A stretch of DNA of 64,000 bases from Octopus vulgaris (taxonomy: Eukaryota). The translations under genes were made by a program, and so were the position numbers. The notes below the pieces were generated by a model, which searched no databases, was not told the DNA's origin, and saw only the letters and a program-made list of their open reading frames with translations. Of this stretch, positions 55,206 through 64,000 are shown piece by piece. The number at the start of each line of letters is the position of its first letter. Positions within the stretch are counted from its first letter, which is position 1. Location: positions 9,920,001 through 9,984,000 of the forward strand of contig OX597835.1 in NCBI GenBank assembly GCA_951406725.2. The letters run 5' to 3'.

Positions 55206-56152
55206 GCATATACATACCTGAATATATACATTCATACCTACATTCCACGAAGACGACGCTTGCAAAAGTTACACACCAATCTTCTCTCCCCCCCACTCCT
55301 CTCCACTTTCGTCTTTTATTACTATTTCACTATAGTTAACTCTATTACTCTATATAACTCTGCTACTATATATTCCTATATCTAACTCGTCAGCAACGTC
55401 CGTCCTTTTGTCCTTGTGTTTGCTCACACATCAACAACCAGCGAACGAGGCCACAACCGCTTCTTTCAATAAAAACATTAAATATATTCAAGCAACAAAA
55501 CTTGGACAGTCGTCATTTTCAATTCTTCAGACTGGAATGGCCCATGAAAGATATATAATGGACGGAGAGCGTTTCCTTTAAAGACCATCAAATAACAAGA
55601 ATAAAAATGACAGCAGCTTTTTGTAAAGAGGATTCTTGTCTTCATGGAAAATATCAGGAATGGCTTAGGAAATAAATATCTTGACGCAATAAACAGTGAC
55701 ATAAGCTGGAAGAGTTAGACTCGTCTATAAAAAATCAAGTTGGAAAGAAAAGCAATAAACTACGTAAAAATTGATAATACTTCAAGTTTGAAGAAATACG
55801 AGTTATCGTGCGTTTCTAATGCTTTTGTTTGTATTTTATTGGGTGGCCATCTTTACTTCAGTTTCATTTATTCAATTATATACTTTGGTTGATTCGTTCT
55901 TTATATTTATTATGTCTTTCGTTATTTTCATTTTAATTTAAGTCGCATATCAAGTGTAAAAATGACATAAGCGATTGGGTTTCCTCTACAAACCGTTACA
56001 ATGGACTCGCAGACGTCATTGACGGCATCCAGTTGCATGCACAGTGTGGGTGGGCATATTCAGATGCACGTTATTTTATTTTTATTTTTTATATGTACTT
56101 ATGTATTCCCTAATAGATATGCATATACATATATATATATATACATATACAT

Positions 56153-56184
<32 letters not shown>

Positions 56185-56224
56185 GGCATATATACAATAT
56201 ACACATATATATACATATATATAT

Positions 56225-56434
56225 AGTTAAAGTTAATCCAAACAAGAAACACAGAAAAAAACACAGCAACGCGAGGACGTGAACAATTAAAGTATATGAC
56301 GCTCAGGAAAGAAGGGAAGGAGGTTTAACGTTTCGAGCGGAGCTCTTCGTCGGAAACAAAGGAGAAGGAAAGACGAGAAGGAAGTAGAGGAAAAAAATTT
56401 TTTGATGGTGGTGCTCAAGAGATCACATGCTGAT

Positions 56435-56437
<3 letters not shown>
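56225..56437 (-). mobile_element. (TA)n-embedded element with minimal hammerhead (56323-56357)
   Basis: gttt-CCGACGA-a-gagc tcc gctc-GAAA-cg-TT-aaac. Confidence 0.6.
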
Positions 56438-56528
<91 letters not shown>

Positions 56529-56889
56529 TAGCTTCATACATATATGTATGTAGTGTGTATGCATACACGGATATACATTATTTTGATTTATGCATATGTA
56601 TACATACTTATGGATGAATGCATGTATCTATGCATGCATGCATGTATATATGTATGTATGTGTATATGTATATATGCATTCATATACATATGAGCTCTCA
56701 CCCGCATACATATATACTACATACATATAAACATTTGCAAGACAATATATACATATGTGTATATATATAAATATATCTTCATGCATAGACATATATGTAT
56801 GTGGGGTCATATACTTGTGTGAGCTTATACAGATGCATATTATTTCACTTTCAATTTACGTATCTGCGTAGAAATGTACGTACGTAGAT

Positions 56890-57077
56890 GTGTGTGTTTA
56901 TTTGTGTGTGTGTGTGTGTGTGTATCTGTGCGTGTGTGTGTATGTGTGTATCTGTGTGTGTGTGTGTGTGTATATGTCTGTGTGTGTGTGTATGTATCTG
57001 TGTGTGTGTGTGTGTATCTGTGTGTGTGTGTATCTGTGTGTGTGTGTATCTGTGTGTGTGTGTATCTGTGTGTGTGT

Positions 57078-57162
<85 letters not shown>
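56890..57162. repeat. (TG)n tract with periodic TATC interruptions
   Basis: Direct inspection. Confidence 0.95.
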
Positions 57163-57164
<2 letters not shown>

Positions 57165-57344
57165 TCACTAGCTCCTTGCTAGAACTTCCTTGAAAGCAAA
57201 ACTGTTTTGAAAAAGAACCGTTGCGTGTAACAAATACGATCTGAGAGCAGGTTACGTTAAGTTTAAATTCTTCAGATGAGTCCTAAATGAGAACTTTTAG
57301 CTACGAGGTTTCCGGTACTTGTGATGTTTAATGAAGCATAACTT

Positions 57345-58240
57345 ATCTATCTAAGCTTTTAACATCATCGCTTTCGAAATAGTCACCTTGCGCAGCAATA
57401 CACCAGACCCAGTACGATTCGCTCAAGATCTCGACAACGGTGTGCAAACGATGACCTTTGAGCTGCATTTTCATTTTGGTGAAGAGATGGAAATCCGTAG
57501 GTGCTAAATCTGGTGAATGGGGGGGGGGGAAGCGATGCCATGTTGTTTTGGGCGAGAAACTCACACGAGTGAGGAGATCTCGTTGACTGGGTGCATTGTC
57601 GCCGTAAAGTATCCAATCTTTCACTTTCCCCACATGCGGTCGCTTTCGCCGAATGTCCTCCCTCAGGCGCTTCAAAACGTTGCAGTAAACCTCTTGATTC
57701 ACGGTTTGGCCCTGAGGGAACGAATTCCCGATGCACAATACCTATTTCTTTATTACCCACAAGGGGCTAAACGTAGAGGGGACAAACATGGACAAACATA
57801 GGTATTAAGTCGATTACATCGACCCCAGTGCTTAACTGGTACTTAATTTATCGACCCCGAAAGGATGAAAGGCAAAGTCGACCTCGGCGGAATTTGAACT
57901 CAGAATGTAACGGCAGACGAAATACCGCTAAGCATTTCGCCCGGCGTGCCAACGTTTCTGCCAGCTCTCCGCCTTGCGCAATACCACATTTCCGGAGGTG
58001 ACTCTCGTGGCAGGTCTTCCAAATCTCTCATCGTCTACCAGGGACGTTCTTCCGTGTCACTCGAAACATTGCGTTCGACCCATTGCCTCGTCGCCGTCAG
58101 CTTGATGAAGCATGCTCAATGTCTCTGTAGCTGAAATCCCAAGATTAACGCAACATTTCGCATTGGATCTTTGTTCCTGTCCATGACCAAATCGCAGACC
58201 ACAGCATACACCCGATCACAAAAACACAAATTTCACAACT
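57345..58240 (-). mobile_element. Internally deleted mariner element interrupted by a family C SINE
   Basis: N-terminus EQRSNAK..V.LG.SATETL.ML..A.GDEAM.R...DDER.GRP (57985-58190); C-terminus GIVH.EF..GQTVN..Y..VL.RL...DNAP...HSPDLAP.DF.LF...CIAAQGDYFE (57360-57741). Confidence 0.9.
57742..57974 (-). mobile_element. SINE family C monomer
   Basis: 10-bp TSD TGC(A/G)CAATAC at 57732-57741/57975-57984. Confidence 0.9.
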
Positions 58241-58779
58241 CGGGCCGACCAAAGCCTTGTGAGTGGATTTGGTAGATGGAAACTGAAAGAAGCCCGTCGT
58301 ATATATGTATATATATATATACATACTCTTTTACTCTTTTACTCTTTTACTCTTTTACTCTTTTACTTGTTTCAGTCATTTGACTGCGGCCATGCTGGAG
58401 CACCGCCTTTAGTCGAGCAAATCGACCCCGGGACTTATTCTTTGTAAGCCCAGTACTTATTCTATCGGTCTCTTTTGCCAAACCGCTAAGTGACGGGGAC
58501 GTAAACACACCAGCATCGGTTGTCAAGCAATTCTAGGGGGACAAACACAGACACACAAACAAACACAGACGCACAAACATATACACACACACTTATATAT
58601 ATATATACATATATACGACAGGCTTCTTTCAGTTTCCGTCTACCAAATCCACTCACAAGGCATTGGTCGGCCCGAGGCTATAGCAGAAGACACTTGCCCA
58701 AGATGCCACGCAGTGGGACTGAACCCGGAACCATGTGGCTGGTTAGCAAGCTACTTACCACACAGCCACTCCTGCGTCT
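58241..58779 (-). mobile_element. Full family B SINE (58325-58779) next to an inverted B fragment (58241-58320)
   Basis: Long (TTTTACTC)n tail; homology to other copies. Confidence 0.9.
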
Positions 58780-58799
58780 GCATTATAATAATTTTAAAG

Positions 58800-60100
58800 A
58801 CTTAGTTGTTTGAAACGGTGGAGTAATTAACAAATTCAAAGACAGTGATTACGGAATGGTAAATTGTATTTAAGAAACAGAGATAAATCTATTTTATTAC
58901 AAAGACTAATGAGGATCGCCGAGAGCCGAACGGATCTTTTATAATGAGTAACCAACAAACGGTTTAACGGATTTTTAACAAGAACCTAGTAAAAGCTCTG
59001 ATTGAAGACTTCGGGAAAATATGTGAGGAAAACAATAAGAGCTTATCATAGGAAACCTCACAAGTGATTGAGAAAAAATCGAACAAACGAAAGAAAAGTT
59101 AAAGCAAACGCAGCTTAAAGGTAGGATAGAAGCTGTAGAGGTGTATAAAGAGATAAAAAGACACGACAACAACAAGAACAACAAGAAGTAAGCAAAGAAA
59201 GAATTTAAATCTGCTAAAGAAAGTAAGCAAAGAAAAATCCTGATTTGGAGTATTAAAAGAAGCTGGAACCAATACAGGATAGAGAAATAAGCTGGCAGAA
59301 ATAGCAATGGAGCTTAACCAAAACTACAGCCCATTGGCAAAAACAACGACCTTACAGAGAAACACATTATTGAAGATACAACGACACCTGTTACAAGCTG
59401 CAGAAATCACACACGATATAATGTCACCAATAGAAAAAAAAGTGATAAAGATCAAGAGTAAGACATGATCATACCTGATACCTTGAAAGACGCCTGAGAA
59501 GCTATGCTAAAGCACCTTGGCAAATTCTTTACCGCTTTCTTCAGGAAAGGCAAAATTCTTAAAAGATGGCGCAATGTCAATCTCCTGCATCAAAACAGAG
59601 TTTAATGATCATAAAAAACTATTGATCTGAAAGCTTTTCTAAGTGCCATGTTCAAGTTATTCGCAGAGATGTTGACAAAGAATCAACAAAGAATTAGAGA
59701 AAATCTAGTCGGGAAAAAAAAACGTGATTTCAAAATGATTTTTCGCCCATTGTATCATCAATAAGTCACGAAAGATTTACTTTACGAAAAGAATCGCTGA
59801 AACAAACTAATACAACCTACTCTGCGTAATATTCTGAAACTAGTAAAATGTGTTAAAATGTGTAGAAACACCAGTATTGATGAGAACAGTTGTAAAAACG
59901 GGTGTCGACCCAGTACACTTTAACACACCACTTCCAATATATATCGGGCGACAAAAGGTGAACAGAAAAACATGAAGCACGCGATAGACAAGCTGGAAGA
60001 TGAATTGGACAGATACGACAAAAATAGAAGTTCTTTGACCAGAGAGCTTTGCGTTGTATGTGCTTTGTTGAGGAGTAGCCAAAAGCAAACATTACTGCCC
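58800..60100 (+). mobile_element. Highly decayed RTE-clade LINE
   Basis: Remnants LKHLGKFFT..FRKGKI..RW, KNY...FLS.MFKLF..ML, VET..L...GVDP and EDEL. Confidence 0.7.
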
Positions 60101-60819
60101 TTCTCAGTAATTTAATTTTGAAGACAAATTTGAAAGATTACCTTCCTTGCGCTTTTGGGAATAATTTCCACAAATTCCAATTATGCTTTCAATGCATATT
60201 TTCGTTTCATTAAAATCTATTTTTGCCTTGCCACATCAAGTATACCTAAATGTGTGTGTATTTGTGTGTGTGCGCGCTCGTGTATGTGTGTGTGTATGTG
60301 TGCGTGTTTGTGTATATGTTTGTATTAGTTCTCATTTTTTCAGAGGTACTAAAGATGAATACCACATAGCTACAGTTATGTGTGTGCGTATAGTAGTCTG
60401 ATGGGGGTCAATAAGTAAGAAACAAGAAAAAAATGCCAACATTACAAAGAGGGTAGATATATAGACAGATATGTTAATGTCATCATTAAGAACATGATGG
60501 TAGTATCTTCTTCTCCATCTGTAGATTTTTTATCAATGTTGGCAAATGAAATATCTATTAAAAAAATGTGCATTGTCCGTTTAATTAAAAAAATTCTACA
60601 TGTGACTGAAGATTGCTCGACATTTCAAAACTGATGTAATACTTACAGTGCTTAATAAAATGAAGTACCATGAAACGATTGTACTACACTACCTTAGATA
60701 TCCTTGTTGCTTATTTTGATTATAATCACCCCATTTGATTTATATGGATAATACCATACAAAATTCTGGTGCCTTTAACTTAAGTACCATAATCATCTGA
60801 ATCTAAATTTTGATTAACT

Positions 60820-60850
<31 letters not shown>

Positions 60851-60941
60851 ATATGTATGTATATATATCATATTATATTATATATAAGTAGGTAAATAGA
60901 TAAACAGACAGACAGACAGACAGACAGATAGATAAATAGAC

Positions 60942-61012
<71 letters not shown>

Positions 61013-61025
61013 CAGACAGATAGAC

Positions 61026-61076
<51 letters not shown>

Positions 61077-61081
61077 CAGAC

Positions 61082-61209
<128 letters not shown>

Positions 61210-61249
61210 ACTTACTTGAAAATGGATGCGTGGCGTTCAATCAGATAAT

Positions 61250-61460
61250 AATATAAATGAAATATATATATTAATAGTAATGGTAAGACAACAAAAGAAT
61301 GAAGGAGACCTCGATATTATGTAAATAGAGGAATTTTGTCTGTAAATGTAATAAGTGACAATTATTCGGTAGCCATGATAAAACTCCGAGTTTCGGATAT
61401 CGGAGTGGAAATCTGCTCCGGCATCTCGTCAGTTATCAGTAAAGGAAGAACAGAGAGAGA
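61250..61460 (-). mobile_element. pLTR-like element among microsatellites
   Basis: Contains the hammerhead motif at 61376-61438. Confidence 0.55.
61376..61438 (-). ncRNA. Type I hammerhead ribozyme motif
   Basis: tgataa-CTGACGA-gatgccggag cagatttcca ctccgatatc c-GAAA-ctcggag-TT-ttatca: stem I 6 bp perfect, ~10-bp stem II, stem III ACTC/GAGT, GUU triplet. Confidence 0.78.
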
Positions 61461-61641
61461 GAGACAGAGACAAACAGATAGAAAACGGTGAAGGGGATTT
61501 TATGCATATATATATATATATATATACACTTGTGCATGCATGCATTTGTGTAACATACGTATGTACGTACGCATACATCTATATTCACATATGAATACAT
61601 ATAAATACATGCACACATATAAGTGTATATATGTATTTATA

Positions 61642-61674
<33 letters not shown>

Positions 61675-61857
61675 TATGATAAGAGTAAATAATTTCTATA
61701 AAGGCTTTTAAAGAACCCCAATTATTTACTGGTAGAATTCGTATGTAAATATAGCCGATTACCGGCAGGAACTTCTGTAAAGTTCAGTATATATATTGTA
61801 TATAAGAAAAAGGGACAGGCAAAACAGGTTGCTTGACCGCATACCGAAAAAATAGAA

Positions 61858-61960
61858 ATAGCAGTCAAGAATGCTTATTTCTATCAAAGTTGGACTCCGG
61901 GCATGACAGACCCTTGTCATGCCCGGAGTCCAACTTTGATGAAATAAGCATTCTTGACTG

Positions 61961-61964
<4 letters not shown>
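61858..61964. repeat. Near-perfect 107-bp hairpin abutting (TA)n
   Basis: About 50-bp arms, one 1-nt bulge, loop GACCCT. Confidence 0.93.
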
Positions 61965-62032
<68 letters not shown>

Positions 62033-62201
62033 GGGTGTATACATATGTATCTGTGCTTGTTTTTATGTGTGCGTGCATAAGGGTTTGTTTGCAGCGTGCG
62101 AATGTAAGTGATCTTATAGTTATGTACTCAAAACTGGACTCTTCTTCACTAACGTATGTTCTGTGTGTGTGTGTGTGTGTGTGTCTATGTGTGTATGTGT
62201 C

Positions 62202-62233
<32 letters not shown>

Positions 62234-62589
62234 TGTGTGTGTGTGTGTAATTGGTTTATATATGTTTCTCTTGTACTTAATGGATTCGAGATTCTGTTGA
62301 CGTTTCTTTCAAATGCGCCATTGGCTAGAATATTATTAACGAAACTGCAACTCATTCGCTTCACTTTTCTCTCTTTCATTCCATCTCTTTCCCTCTATCA
62401 ATCTATCTATCTATCTTTCTATCTATCTTTCTCTCTCTCTCTCCCTCTCCTTTTCTTTCACTACATCTCTTTTTTTTTTTTGTATTTTTCTCTTTCCTTT
62501 TCTAAGTCGCTTGGCTTTTTCCTTTTCGCTCTTTTTTTTTTCATGTTCTTTTGTCGTCTACAGACATCACACCTCATATCTACCTGCAC

Positions 62590-62950
62590 CGACACACACG
62601 TACACACACACACACACACACACGCATACACGCACACACACACACGCATACAAGCACACACACACACACACATACAAACACACACACACACGCACATAAA
62701 AACACATACATGTACACACACACACACACACGTACACACACGCACGCACACACACACACACACACGCATACAAGCACACACACATACACACATACAAACA
62801 CACACACACACACGCATACAAGCACACACACATACACACATACACGCACACACAAACGCACACAGACACATACAAGCACACACACATACACACATACAAC
62901 ACACACACACACACACGCACATAAAAACACATACATGTACACACACACAG
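62590..62950. repeat. Compound (CA)n minisatellite
   Basis: Recurrent CGCATACAAGCACAC and ATAAAAACACATACATGTAC units. Confidence 0.9.
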
Positions 62951-63373
62951 AGTCTCATTATTTCTCATTCATTTCCTTCTTATGTTTTTCTCTCATTCGA
63001 TATCTCTTTCCTTCTCTCGCTCACTTTTCTTCTATTTTCTTCATTCCTGCTTTCTCTCTTTCCCATTGGTTGTTCACAAATTAAAATTCCCATTTGCCAA
63101 TATATTTCTCGCAGCTATTTCTAGCATTCAAGAATTGGCGTAGTTCTATGCTACTGAAGAACGATTTCAATTGAAGGTAAAGTCGCTCGGCGCAAAACAT
63201 ATTGATGGTGGGACATCACGAAGAATATGGTCCAGTTAGGAAACGAGAGGTTTCGATGCGATTTCAAACGTTGCAGATTCCATGAAGAGACGCGCTATGG
63301 AGCTGACAAACAGCCGAGAATTGGGCAGTTCGTACCTTGTCCTCGGTTCTGCAATGAATGCTGACTAAGACAC

Positions 63374-63618
63374 TTTACTCTTTAATAATTACTCTCTTTT
63401 ACTCTTCTACTTGTTTCGGTCATTTGACTGTGGCCATGCTGCAGCACCGCCTTTAGTCGAGCAAATCGACCCCAGGACCTATTCTTTGTAAGCCTAGTAC
63501 TTACTCTAGCGGTCTCTTTTGCCAAACCAATATATATACATATATATTATATATCATATATATCATATATATATAGATATACAGACAGACTAACAGACAG
63601 ACAGACAGACAGACAGAC

Positions 63619-63672
<54 letters not shown>

Positions 63673-63979
63673 TACTTATTCTATCGCCCTTTTTTGACGA
63701 ACCGCTAAGTTACGGGGACGTAAACACACCAGCATCGGTTGTCAAGCGATGGTGGGGTTCAAACAGACATACAAACATATACACACACATACATATATAT
63801 ATACATATATTATGCGACGGGCTTCTTTTAGTTTTCGTCTACCAAATCCACTCACAAGGCTTTGATCAGCCTGAGGCTATAGTAGAAGACACTTGTCCAA
63901 GGTGCCACGCAGTGGAACTGAACCCGGAACCATGTGGTTCGTAAGCAAGCTACTTACCACACAGCCACTCCTACGCCTG
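63374..63979 (-). mobile_element. SINE family B interrupted by TA/GACA/GATA tracts with a short duplication
   Basis: AGTACTTA..CTA.CG segment occurs on both sides of the microsatellite. Confidence 0.85.
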
Positions 63980-64000
63980 TTAAAGAATACCTTCAGTTAT

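Noticed and set aside
63150-63370. Possible RTE C-terminal remnant (IEGK...)
   Set aside because: Too short and degenerate to call

Overview
AT-rich, repeat-saturated eukaryotic non-coding DNA. The SINE families and microsatellite density look like a coleoid cephalopod, most likely Octopus; this is inference from repeat content, not a database match. I found no intact host protein-coding gene, and most ORFs in the track are translations of microsatellites or SINEs. The window holds many copies of at least four tRNA-derived SINE families (several with exact TSDs), RTE and CR1 LINE fragments, three mariner fragments, decayed Tigger/pogo and hAT transposases, a head-to-tail non-autonomous Helitron dimer, a Helentron-associated element and long simple repeats. 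The most interesting signal is a set of short elements in or beside (TA)n or other microsatellite tracts that carry type I hammerhead-ribozyme cores (CUGANGA...GAAA...NUH) and/or fold-back palindromes, as expected for Penelope-like pLTR or retrozyme-type elements. The motifs at 1184-1234 and 61376-61438 look structurally complete. There is also a nested inverted duplication across about 36 kb and a 222-bp templated insertion inside a SINE. All identities were judged by eye, not computed.
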